64,000 nt of DNA from Octopus sinensis (Eukaryota). The DNA is taken from the NCBI RefSeq assembly GCF_006345805.1, contig NC_043004.1:9052001-9116000 (forward strand), given 5' to 3'. This document shows positions 51,760-64,000 of this stretch, piece by piece. Each line of letters begins with the position of its first letter. The first letter of the stretch is position 1. A program made the translations under genes and the position numbers. The notes under the pieces were generated by a model that saw nothing but the letters and a program-made list of their open reading frames with translations, was not told the origin of the DNA and ran no database searches.

Positions 51760-53720
51760 GAAGCAATTATAAGCGAGCGTTTGCTGGATCCTTTACATGC
51801 CCACTCAAAATTTGTTGATATCAGCTATTGACAGTGTGGAACCTTTGAACCAGATGAATATTTGAGAAGATTTCAAGAAAAATATCGACAGCACATCTAA
51901 GGATCTAAGGGAATTGTGGCCAGTAGAAAGTAGAAACACCAAGACTGGTTTCATGAGAATAATAAAGAGATTTGTAACTTTCTGAAGGAAAAACAAAGAT
52001 TACAATAAAGGAGACTTCTTCCAAATTTATTCTCATTCAATAAAGAGAAAACAGTGGAAGCATTAAGGAAGATGAAAGGTGAGGTCCAAAGGTCTTTGCA
52101 CAGAATCAACAATGCTTGAGGGAGGAAAATAAATCTCAGTTCATTCAAAATAGATCAGATACTGGAAATTCTAAGACGACGTACCAACTGTTTGAAGAAG
52201 TGTATGGTCTACAAGAGCCATCTTTTGCTCTTATCAAGGCCAAGGATGGATATAACAACTTGAAACAACCAAATTAAACAGAGGAGAGAACACTATAGTG
52301 AGCTATTGAACAGGATAACAATGATTGATGAATCTGTGCCAGAACATATTGAACAGCTGCTATTCAAGGAATGTTTCGATGAAAATCCAAATCAGGAAGA
52401 AGTCAACAAATTCAAAACACAAACAAAGAATTGGAAATCAAAAGGCATGGATAGAATACCTACAAATGTATTGAAACGTGGAGAGGGTAAGCTGAATGAT
52501 CTGCCATGTGAGGGAATCCCTTATGTATGGGACACTTTAACACCTGAAGACTGGTGAGATGCCATATTGGTATACCTGTTTAAGAAAGGTGAGAAATCTA
52601 AGTGCAGAAATATTTGCAGCATCTCACTGCTCCCTATTGTGAGCAAAGATTTCGCAAATGTTCTGCTGAACAGATTCAGATCCACAATGGCAACTGACAT
52701 TCTTCTACAAGTGCAATGTGGTTCTAGAGTACAAAGAGAAACTAACGACATGATATTTTCTGTAAGTGAAATTCAGGAAACGTGTATTTGAGCAATTTCA
52801 TGACTTGTATCAATGCTGTGTTGATCTCACCAAGGCATTTGACTCACTCAACGGATGGACACTATGAAATGTGTTTAAGAAGTTTGGTTGTCCTAACAAG
52901 TTTACAAACCTTATACGACCTTTGCATAACAACCCGAAGGCTTTAATGGAAATTTATCTGACACTTTTTGCTGTTAAAAGTGGAGTAAAGCAATATTCAT
53001 GGTAGTATTCGAAAGTAACACCAAAGGAATCTACATCAGAATTAGAACCATGGGGAAATATGTTCAACATCAGGAGACGACACTAAGATGATTGAATCTT
53101 TTGTTAGGGAACTGTTATCTGCAGATTATTGTGGTTTCAAACTCACACAGAAGCGGATCTGAAGGATATGATGAGAGTGTTTAATGCATCATGCAAAGCT
53201 TTTTGGAAATGAATTGGAAGAAAACCGAAGTTATTTTACCAGTTGCACTGGAAGAGTATAAATGATGTCAAATATATAAGCAGGAGATAAAGATTTAAAA
53301 GTGGGGAAGTCTTTTAATTATCTGGGAAGGATTCGGTCAGATGATGTGAATTTGAAGAAGGAGATCTTTTACAGAATGAAGGCTTCGACAACTTTTGGGA
53401 ATCTGGAAAGCAGTCTTTGTACTCACAGCTTTATTGTGTGGCTGTGAAACTTGGATGATCTACAAACACCAAGTAAAGATGCTCAAACAGTTTCAAGCAC
53501 GCTTGCTTGAGATATATACTCAATGTGAACTGGACCACAGATACCCTGGACAACGAAGTTCTGGAAAAAAGCTCAAATGAGCGGCATTAAAGCTGTTATC
53601 ATCCGGTGTGCTTTAAGGTGGAGTGGACATCTTGTCTGAACGAGTAATACTAGAATTGTAAAGAATCTGTTTTCTGGGGAATTGAAACAAGGTAAGAAGA
53701 AAGCTTCACAATCCAAGCTG
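51760..53720 (+). mobile_element. Degenerate RTE-clade LINE (RT region)
   Basis: KSKGMDRIP, W*DAILVYLFKKGEKSKCRNICSISLL..VSK.FA.VLLNR, QCG.R..R.T.DMIF, LLCGCETW; many stops. Confidence 0.85.
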
Positions 53721-54158
53721 TATGTACATACACGCACATACAAATACTACGTAAATGCTCGTATACATATTTACATACATATATACATACAAAACCAAAC
53801 TGGCTGATGACTAAATTCTCAAGAAAAAGTCTTGTTTCAAGTCGGAAACCAACTCATTTGTCATTGGTGAGAAATTCGAAATATAAAACCATATCGAACA
53901 TTCATATATGCATACCTTCACACACGCGTTCGCGCGCGCACACACATAATTTAGTCTTCTTTTTTCAACCAGCATGGTTTGGTATGATTTGGATGAGTAT
54001 TGGCTTCTATTTCTAGCGACTACTTAGGGACCAGGCAACAGCTGAAGATAACCGAAGTACACCAGTGCATTTTGCGGATATATATTTAACACATGCATAC
54101 ATCCGTAGATGTTTCTCTCTATGTACATGTGTATATGGATCGATGGAGATATGAATAT

Positions 54159-54250
54159 ATGGCTGAATAGATGGATTGATATATGGCTGAATAGATGGAT
54201 TGATAGATGACTGAATAGATGGATTGATAGATGGCTGAATAGATGGATAG
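54159..54250. repeat. 24-bp minisatellite ATGGCTGAATAGATGGATTGATAG, about 3.8 copies
   Basis: Direct inspection. Confidence 0.8.
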
Positions 54251-54698
54251 ATGGCTGGATAGACAGATTGATGGTGGGAAGAATGGATAGAGAGAGAGTT
54301 GGAGAGAAATGGATGAATGGATCACTAGAGTGATGGATAAAGAGAAATGTGTGTGTATATTTGTCTGTTTGAATAGAAATTAAGACTAAATGAATGAAGA
54401 TAAAGATAAGAAACGAGGATGTTGCTAAACACCAATACAAAACGGAGGGTCATAATATATATGCTTTTAAGTGGTAAATTCTATTTACTTAAATTTGCCC
54501 AGGCTACCGATAATTAATCAGTGCTATTGTTAATTCCTGTCTTTAATTAAACTGCATATTGATTGTCTTCTGTCAATTCTGATCCTTTATGAGCGAAGAG
54601 CCGTTTGTACAAGGCAATTAGCAAGTTAAATACACTGTCGGTAAATATTAGTTATTTGACTTAGCAAACTAAAGTTGCTTGTTAGTTCACTGGCTTGT

Positions 54699-54749
<51 letters not shown>

Positions 54750-55970
54750 AACACGTACAATAACACAGATTTACATTCGTACGCACGAGTACACACATAC
54801 AGACACACACACAATCCTAACTTGATGGAACAGAGGAAGAAACATAGACAGAGGTACTTTGCTCTCATACTCTTCTATTTACACTCACCTCACACAACCA
54901 TGCGCGCATACACACGCACACACTGCACAAATTCTCAATGTCACACACACATTGCATGCACAAGTAGTAGGCCATTCACACACGTACACAAACACACACA
55001 CAAATACACACACATACATACATACACACATACACACACACACACGCATACACACACAGAGGTAAAATATTGTCCGAAGATCTGTGTATCTTTTAACAAT
55101 ATTGATTAATCTGGGTGGCATGAAACTCGATTCTGTCGAAAAATAATTGAATAAACTATATAAATATGTACGCATGTGTGCATTCATGCATGCGTGTATG
55201 TACCTGTGTATGTACCTGTGTATACACGTGTGTATGTTTCCATGCATCATTTATGATGTATTCATGTATGAAACGTGGGTGTATATATACGTCTGCATGT
55301 GTATATATATATATGTTTACGCTTACATACATAGATACACATACACCGTACATACACACACAGAAACACACTCACACCCACCCACACGCACACACGTGGC
55401 CTTTTCCTCTGGGCATAGCTAGGAGCTTGACCAATGCTACTACTCCAGGTCAGAGTAGACCTGAGAACAATATTGGCCAAGATATGGCCCCACACTCAAA
55501 ACCCTGCTGCTCCTGAACTCGTTGTGCACCAGTATCGAATGAGGTTTTCAGCCCTACCCAGAGGAAGTCCGTCAGCACTTCACCTGCTTGCGTAAGAGAA
55601 GGTAAGTCCACATAAACGATGCTGCCTGATAACTGGGCTTCTGGTACTTGTTGGGCAAGGTCAGTACGAAGTGGAACGACGTGAGGGTGCGGCTGGCTCT
55701 GCACAAATCATACCAACTATCAGAATATTCATCGTACGGATTGTTCAGCTAACTGGTTTCAAATTTTTGAACTGTGCAGTTCTATCTTGCTAAAACATAA
55801 TTTGTCGATGCGACGAGTGACTCCACAAGCGAGGTTTTTTTTTACCAATTCAAAGGATGTAAAACTCTACAGCATCTCATTTTTCCTTGAAAAAGAACTA
55901 TGCCCTAAACGGTGGGTTTCCCCACTCCTCACGGCAAGTTCACTGTACTCTATTTTATCGATTTTATTAA

Positions 55971-56008
<38 letters not shown>

Positions 56009-56164
56009 TTAAGTCATGCGTCATAATTATTTAATGCTATTGAGTTACTATGAATACAACAAAAGTACTCAATACACGTAATACAGTGGATTAATTAATT
56101 GTTGCTCTTCTACAACAATTTTACGACTTTAGCAAAAGAAAAAAAACTATTTATATCAACGAAA

Positions 56165-57815
56165 TCCTTCTAAAAGTATGTAAGAGAGTCCTAGCAAGAC
56201 CACTGCAGTTCCTCTTTCAGAGCTTCCTGGCAACTGACAAACTTCCAAGAAAACCGAAGGAAGGTAAAATATGCCCTATTCATAAAGGAGGTAGCAGAGC
56301 GGAGGCCAAGAACTACAGACCTATCTCTCTGACCTCACACATCAGCAAGGTCATGGAACGAATAGTCAGAAGGAAACTAATCGCCTTCCTTGAAGAAAAT
56401 AACTTGCTGTCTGACTCCCAATATGGTTTCCGACCAGGAAGGAGCTGCCTAACTCAGCTCCTACAACACTATGACTGGGTGATGAAACGACTGCTCAACC
56501 ACTCAAATGTGGAAGTCATATATCTCGACTTTGCAAAGGCCTTTGATAAAGTCGATCATGGAATGATACGTCACAAACTGCGTGATCTTGGGATAGTTGG
56601 AAAATTGGGAGAATGGCTTCATGACTTTCTGAAGGATAGAAGACAGGTGGTAGTAGCTAATGGGGCCACCTCCATTAACACGCAAATAGTGAGTGGTGTT
56701 CCGCAAGGCAATGTTTTGGGACCACAGCTATTCATAATGGCCCTCTCAGACATGCCCTCATCCACGCAGAGAGCCACGATCACAAGTTATGCAGATGATA
56801 CAAAAGTTTCACTGGCAATACAGAACCCTGATGACACTATGCATCTGCAATGTGAGCTGGACAAAATATACAAGTGGGCTAAAAAGAATAGCATGCAGTT
56901 CAATGCTGAAAAGTTTCAAGCTTCATGCTATCAGCATGCAAAACTAAATGCAATACCCAATAAATACACTGGACATGGAGGGATTGCAATCCCAGAGGCA
57001 CAATCAGTGCGAGACCTGGGTATTTACATGAGTAATGATGCAAACTTTCATGTGCATGTTGCTAAATTGGCAATGAAATGTAGACGGCTGACCGGATGGA
57101 TTCTTAGAACCTTTAGAACAAGAGACCAGGAAACCATAATGGTCCTCTAGAGGACACTTGTCCTAAGCCACTTTGATTATTGCTCTCAGCTATGGTCACC
57201 ATCCAGTGTCAAGTTAATCACAGAACCTGAGGCGATTCAACGAAGCTACACGAAGAAGATAGCCTCTGTGCAGCATATAAGCTACTGGGAAAGACTAAAG
57301 AGATTAAGACTCTATTCCTTAGAGCGGAGCGTAGGCGAGAAAGATATGCCATAATATACATCTGGAAGATCCTGGAAGGACTTGTCCCAAACTTTGGCAT
57401 CGAGAGTTACACAAATACTAGAACTGGGCGCCACTGCATAGTGCCAAGGACTCCAAATTTGCCACCAAGATGTAGGACAAGATAATGTGATAGCCTGGGC
57501 TTCAGAGGTCCACAGCTCTTCAATATCCTCCCGAAGAACCTGAGAGACCTGCATGAAGTGGATGCAGATGTCTTTAAAATAAAATTGGATCTCTTCCTGT
57601 CAGGTGTCTCAGATGAACCAACTTCACGACAGGAGGTGCAGATGAGGGCAAATGCATCGAACTCTCTCATGCACCAAATGAAAATTGCTAAAAAGCATTC
57701 GTGAAGTAAAATCATGTAGCAACACCGAATGGCAGTGCCCCAGCATGGCCACATCTCGTGAGCTGAAACTAGATAAAATAAAATAAGATAAAAATAAATA
57801 AATAAATAAATAAAA
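56165..57815 (+). mobile_element. 5'-truncated CR1-group LINE with RT domain and (TAAA)n tail
   Basis: NYRPISLTSHISKVMER, QYGFRPGRSC, YLDFAKAFDKVDHG, SGVPQG, YADDTK; 3' stem-loop tail at 57731-57773. Confidence 0.9.
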
Positions 57816-58149
57816 TAAGTTATCTTTGTATGTTACAGAATGCGGTTTTAGCAGTTTGAAATTCCAGTTGTATGTATGCGTAGAATATAGTGCAAAGTGG
57901 TGATGTAACACTTTGTTTCTGTAAAATCAACTCCTTTTCAATTTTGAAAGTTTGTTAAATATTGCAAGCTTTAACATATTAAGTGTATGTGTGCTTATTT
58001 CCATGAAGTGTTTCGGTGTATAAACCCACTCAATCCTGTAAGCTTGCGTTTTCACATGGTGTTAGATGTTGTCTACATTTGTTCAATATCCCAGATCTGA
58101 ACCTTAAACAGTCCTTATACGGCATCGCTGTCTACTTTGCTACACTTTC

Positions 58150-59645
58150 ACTAAGCCTCCTCTGATATGTGATATTTCGTGGATGCTGCCCTCATCTGTG
58201 TTTCTTGCCTAGAGATAGGTTTATGCGGAACTCTTAACAGAAGGAGATCTGGTTTTGTTTTGAAAAAGCCTACATCCATGCCATGCAGTCTCTTGGCTTT
58301 GTGGGGGAATATTGAAGAGCTGTGGGCCTTTGAAGCCCAGGCTGTTGCAGTATATGGTCCTGCATCCTGATGGCAATGTTAGGACCATTGGTACTATGCA
58401 GTGGCACCCCTGTACTGCTGTTTGTGTAGCTGACAATGGCAAAGTTTGGCACAGGATTTTCTAGGATTTTCCTGGTGTATATTACTGCATATCTTCCCCG
58501 CCTTCGCTTTACTATATACAGTCTTAACTCTTTCGCTCTCTCCCGGTAGCTGATGTTTCGTTGCATTTATCTTCCTTGTGTAGCTTCGCTAAATTGCCTC
58601 GAGTTCCGTCGTTAATTTTACACTGTTTGGTGACCACAGATGTCTGAAAACGAAAGTCCTCCAGAGGACCATCATGGTTTCTTTTCTCCTGTTTTGAATT
58701 TTTGAAGGATTCATACGGCCAGACGTCTGCATTTTATTGCCAACTTGGTAATGTGCAGCTGGAAGGATGCATCATTACTCATGTCGATGCCCAGGTCATG
58801 CACTGATTCTGATCGGGGGATTGGAATTCCTCCTGGGACAGTGTATCCTATCTACTTTTCATTGAGCTTCTTGTGTTGGTAGCGCAAAGCTTGGAATTTT
58901 CCAGCATTAAACTGCAAGTTATTTTCCGCAGCCCATCTGTAAATTGCGTCCAACTCACGTTGCAGATGCACAACGTCTCCAGCGTTTTGTATCATCTTAG
59001 AGACTTTTGTATCGTCTGCATAGCTGGCAAGGGTAGTAACTCGAGGGCCACTATGAATAGCAGGGGGCCAAGGACAGTGCCCTGTGGAACACTACTCATT
59101 ATTTGAGTTTCTCGGACGTGGCCCCATTGACCACCACTACCAGTCTTCTATCTTTTCCAACAATGCCAAAATTTCGCAGTTTGTGTCAAATCATATCATG
59201 GTCGACTTTATCAAAAGCTTTTTCAAAGTCGAGGTATATCACGTCCACATTTGAGCTGCTTTAGCACCCATTCGTAATGTTGCAAGAGCCGTGTCAGTTA
59301 GCTTCTCCCTGGTCGAAAACCATGTTGGATGTCAGTCAGCAAATCATTCCCTTTAAGGAAGGCAATTAATTTCCTTCGGGCTATTTGTTCCATGACTTTG
59401 CTGATTATGTGGTCAGCGAGATAGGCCTATAGTTTTTAGCATCTGCTCTGCTTCCTCCTTTATAGATAGGGCATATTTCCCCTCCTTTAGTTTGCCCGGG
59501 AGCTTACCATTAGAGAGGAAGCTCTGGAAAAGTAGCCGCAATGCTTTTGCGTGAACTCGTTTGTATGACTTGCGTAGGATTGCTGGGAATCCATCAGTTG
59601 AGTTTGCATCTATATCATTTATTGCTAGCACTACGTTCTTTTCGA
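58150..59645 (-). mobile_element. Second, more degenerate CR1-group LINE of the same family, inverted
   Basis: Reverse strand gives DGFPAILRKS.KRV.AK.LRLLFQSFL, DFEKAFDKVDH, VPQGTVLGP, YADDTK. Confidence 0.85.
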
Positions 59646-60350
59646 TCGCAGCATTCTTCTTTAAATCATTCTTGAGTCTTGCGTGTGTCGTCATCCTGGC
59701 CTTTCCCTCCACTCAACACTTTTTTCGCCATCCAGCTCGTTCTGAAGCAAAAGTTTCTATGTCCTTCGGGTCCATTCCGAAGGCAGTTTTGGTGGAATCG
59801 TTCTAATAATTTGAAATGTCTTTCATAGCACGTCCATTGTTTCAGAAGAATACAACAGGAATGGTAAGACAAACAATTTGTAAAGAGCCAATTTTGTGTT
59901 GTCATTCATATGTCGTTGGCGCCAAATGCTTGACTGCAAACCACCAAATGCTTGTGCTGCCCTTTGGATTCGCAGATGTATTTCTGTGTTCAGGTTTCCA
60001 TCATTTAGTACAAAGCCTCTGAGGTAGATGAAGGAGTCAACAGCCTCGAGTAACATACTCTAAACGAAAATTTTAGTGGGGTTGCAAACAGCACTACATT
60101 GCAGCTTGATACATTACAACTGTTTTTCTAGTTGATGGTCAAGCCAAAATCATCACAAGCTGAGACTCGGAGTTTTGAAAAGCATGTAACAGCACCAATA
60201 TCAAAGTATATTGAAAAGAAAATGGGTGTATCAAGGTCTCCTTGAAATTATTTCTAGCTTTCATATCTTGATGCAAAGCCCTTATCATCTTTACAAATTT
60301 TTCTGGGCAACTTATTTTCCTTAGAATTAGACACAGAGCATTTCGATTAA
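59646..60350 (-). mobile_element. RTE-clade LINE remnant
   Basis: LEAVDSFIYL...EIHLRIQRAAQAFGGL...TKLALYKLFVLPFLLYSSET. Confidence 0.8.
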
Positions 60351-60416
60351 CAATATCGAATGCTTTGCCTAAATCAAATATATATACATGTGTATGTGTG
60401 TGTGTGTGTGTGTGTA

Positions 60417-61030
60417 TTGGGTTCGCAACTAATTTCCCGCGGTTTTTTTAAATGTAAATATTATAAAAGGTTTATCAAAAAATAACAACTAATTAATCAA
60501 TAATGTATTCACCCTTGTTGTTTACAACTTCTTCCCAACGTTCAACAAGATTTTCAATACCTTCTAGTTAGAAATCACTCGATTTCGACTCGAAAAATTG
60601 ATCCAACCGAGCTCTCAATCCTGTATCAGTATTGAACGAAACTCCGCGCATAGCATTTGAAAGAGATCGAAAGAGGTGGAAATCCGATGGTGCCAAGTCA
60701 GAAGAGCACGGCGGGTGTGGCAGCATTTTCCAGCCATGCGTTTGAATGGCCTTCTTGGTCATATTGGCGATATGCAGGTGTGTGGTTCCCTTGTCGTCTG
60801 ACAAGAATTCTCGTGCAAAATTTGGTTTAATCGCTCTTCATCGAACTCAACTGGACGGCCAGAACGAGGTGCGTCTTTGAGGTCAAAATTTCCATTTTTG
60901 AACTTAGCATCCCAAACACGAGCGGTCCTTTCAAAACTAGAATTCTCGAAAAAAATAGATTCTAAAATTTAAAAACACAATAAATTCCAAAATTAAAAAA
61001 AAAACAGCGGGAATTTAGTTGCCAACCCAA
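60417..61030 (-). mobile_element. Internally deleted mariner, 614 bp
   Basis: 30-bp TIRs TTGGGTTCGCAACTAATTTCCCGCGGTTTT / reverse complement TTGGGTTGGCAACTAAATTCCCGCTGTTTT, TA flanks; HPPCSSDLAPSDFHLFRSL (mariner YSPDLAP.D motif). Confidence 0.9.
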
Positions 61031-61959
61031 TATATATCATTAAAGAAGAGAAGGAAATGGCGATAAGGAAGTTAACAATTATTTATCATTAAAAAATTGG
61101 TCATCTTCTTACAGCCGTTTCAATTAATACTCAATAGTTAAATTACAAATTTGCACATTAAATTTGCTTTCATGTGACGTGAGCATAATCTCATCAGAGG
61201 AAAAAAAAAAGATGTACCTTGAGATATTATATGTGGAAGTATCAGTTCATTTCTTTTTTCTTCTTTTAACTGGATATAAAGTAAATGCTTAATATATACC
61301 TCTTGTTTTAAAGGAATTTCATTCCCCAACAATACTAGGTTTTGAACCACAATTTCCTTGGACGCCACCATCTCTTCAAGAAGTTAGCATATCCTCTAAT
61401 TAAATTAAATGCTTAGAAAATGATGCATTGGACAATATGATGATGGATACACTGTGTCAAAGAGTAAGGCTGGAAGGTCACAACTGGAGTCTCTTGGATT
61501 ATGGTTCTGATGTCGTATATTTGGGATTAAATAACAACAAAAACAACATACGGAGAAGTTAGGTATTATCAACCACTTAAAAATAACAGCGAAATCTCCC
61601 TCAAAAGATACGTGCGTGCATGTGTGTGTGTTTGAGCGAGTGAGCGTGTGTATATCCGTGTGTATGTATGTGTGTAGTATGAAGTCTATCATTCTCTCTC
61701 GCACTGCCATCCATTTTCTTCGAAACACGATTGTATCAATTTGGTAAGAACCAAAGAAACGGTGCGAAATGTTAAAAAACACAGAAACGGAAGACTGTCA
61801 GAGGTCTTGGAGATTTCAGAGAAATCTGTAAAGTAAATAATACAAAAGAATAAAAAAGAATAAGAAAAGAATGAAAAAAAACAAAACAAAAAGTGAAACA
61901 GAGAGGAAAAAGCAACAGAATGAAGGCAAATCATGTATAACATCACCGTATATATATGT

Positions 61960-62005
61960 ACTCAGACATGCATATATATGTATATATATATATGCATATA
62001 TATAT

Positions 62006-62075
<70 letters not shown>

Positions 62076-62396
62076 TATATATATATGTATATGTAGATAT
62101 GTATGTATGTATATATTTGTGTATGTATATATATATAGATGTATATATATATATAGATGCATATATACATGTTTATACGCATACATAAATATACATATGT
62201 GTGTATACACATATTAGTATGAATTGCAAAGCAACAATTCGAAAAAGCAACACTTTGCATAAATTCACACCCTGCCCCTCCCCGCCCCCGAAATGAAAGC
62301 AAAAAAAGCAATAAAGAAGTCAAAAAACCTGTCTGAGTCAATCAAAATTGAATGTAGCAATGATCTACTGAGGTAATAGATTTTATTAAACGCTAT

Positions 62397-62443
<47 letters not shown>

Positions 62444-62497
62444 CATATATATGTATATATGTATGTATATGTTTATGCATGTGTATATGTATGTATG

Positions 62498-62531
<34 letters not shown>

Positions 62532-62543
62532 ATCTATATATAT

Positions 62544-62617
<74 letters not shown>

Positions 62618-62620
62618 GCA
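61960..62620. repeat. Compound (TA)n/(TATG)n microsatellite block
   Basis: Direct inspection. Confidence 0.95.
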
Positions 62621-62914
62621 TATTGAAAATGGATGAGGAAAACCTATCAGACGAGAAACAGTTGTTTAAAAACCAAAAGCACGTCGACGGTTTCCGCCCG
62701 TTAAAAAATATTCAGCCGCCACAAGAAATGAGGGGGGAAAAAGAAAGGAAAAAGGTAAAAAGGAAAAAAAGGCATTTTTGTGTATGTTTTCGCCGAGAAG
62801 TTGCTGGTTGCTGTTGTTTCATTGTTGATTCATTTTGAAAAAAGTTTTATTTGTAATTACATTCGGTTTGTTTCAGCGACAAACAGGATCGAATCTAGTT
62901 TTTTTAGCATTTCA

Positions 62915-62983
<69 letters not shown>

Positions 62984-63338
62984 ACAAAAGCATAAACACA
63001 CGCACACATACACTTATATATGTATTTATGCGTTTGTGTTTGTGTGTGTGTGTATATTTATATATATTTATATATATTTATATATTTGCATACATATACA
63101 TTTGTATATATATATTTACATATGTTCATGCGTAGATACACAGATATGCACACATGACAAAAAACATGTATGTGTATATATATATATATATATACAGAAG
63201 AGAGAGAGAGAGAGAGAGAGAGTGAGAAGTAGAGATATTGATAGATTGAATGATAGATGGATAATTATATAGAAAGATTGATAGCTTGCTAGATAAACAG
63301 ATATATATATATATATATATATTATTATATATATATAA

Positions 63339-63510
<172 letters not shown>

Positions 63511-63884
63511 TGGCTGTATGTATGTAAGTATCAAGATTGTTAAAGTGATGTTGTAGACCGATAGAAAACGATGGTTGTTCGACGTGTCTGCATATAAGCG
63601 ATTAATGTTTGAAGACTATTAAAAACTCTGCGAAAATGTGAACCTTATACTGGAGGAAATAAAATGGCATAATTTAATAGAACCGCCATTTTTTTAAAAC
63701 TCTTATCGTGTCTCTCCCTCCTCTCAACCGTTAAAGAAACAAAAGTTGGGAAACCCTAAGCACGCGCAGAACTTTAATGATGTACGAGAGGGAGAGAGAG
63801 AGAGAAGGGGAGAGAGAATGAGGAGACAGATAGATAGAGAAAATGAGAGGGACATTAGAAAGGGAAAGAGAAATTTTGATCTTG

Positions 63885-63916
<32 letters not shown>

Positions 63917-64000
63917 CATACACACATGCAATATATATATATATATATATATAATATATAATATATATATATAATAATATATATTATACATACACCCATG

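Noticed and set aside
61314-61560. Possible 69-nt exon or LRR-like frame (PSLQEVSISSN*IKCL)
   Set aside because: In-frame stop, weak donor; the opposite strand resembles a common repeat tail (TCCAGTTGTGACC).

Overview
Eukaryotic, AT-rich, microsatellite-dense DNA with no confidently identifiable host-gene exon. The SINE families, Penelope-type repeats and GC-expanded 18S fragment point to a cephalopod, most likely Octopus (recognition, not a database result). The window is a transposon mosaic. (1) Three stacked copies of a Tx1/L1-clade LINE, one full length (about 6.1 kb; CCHC ORF1, APE-RT-zinc finger ORF2), each bounded on both sides by (TATC)n. (2) A cluster of Penelope-like element (PLE) pieces at 21.9-27.7 kb, including a GIY-YIG endonuclease pseudogene and type I hammerhead ribozyme (HHR) motifs, two of them forming a 71-bp perfect palindrome. 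(3) A canonical HHR at 47090-47132 inside a 353-bp terminally redundant, non-coding unit (retrozyme/PLE pLTR-like), preceded by a 66-bp perfect inverted repeat. (4) A Tc1-type transposon with DD36E spacing, mariner relics, MITEs, CR1/RTE/RLE LINE relics, many tRNA-type SINEs and a displaced 18S rRNA fragment. Most ORFs in the supplied track are microsatellite artefacts.
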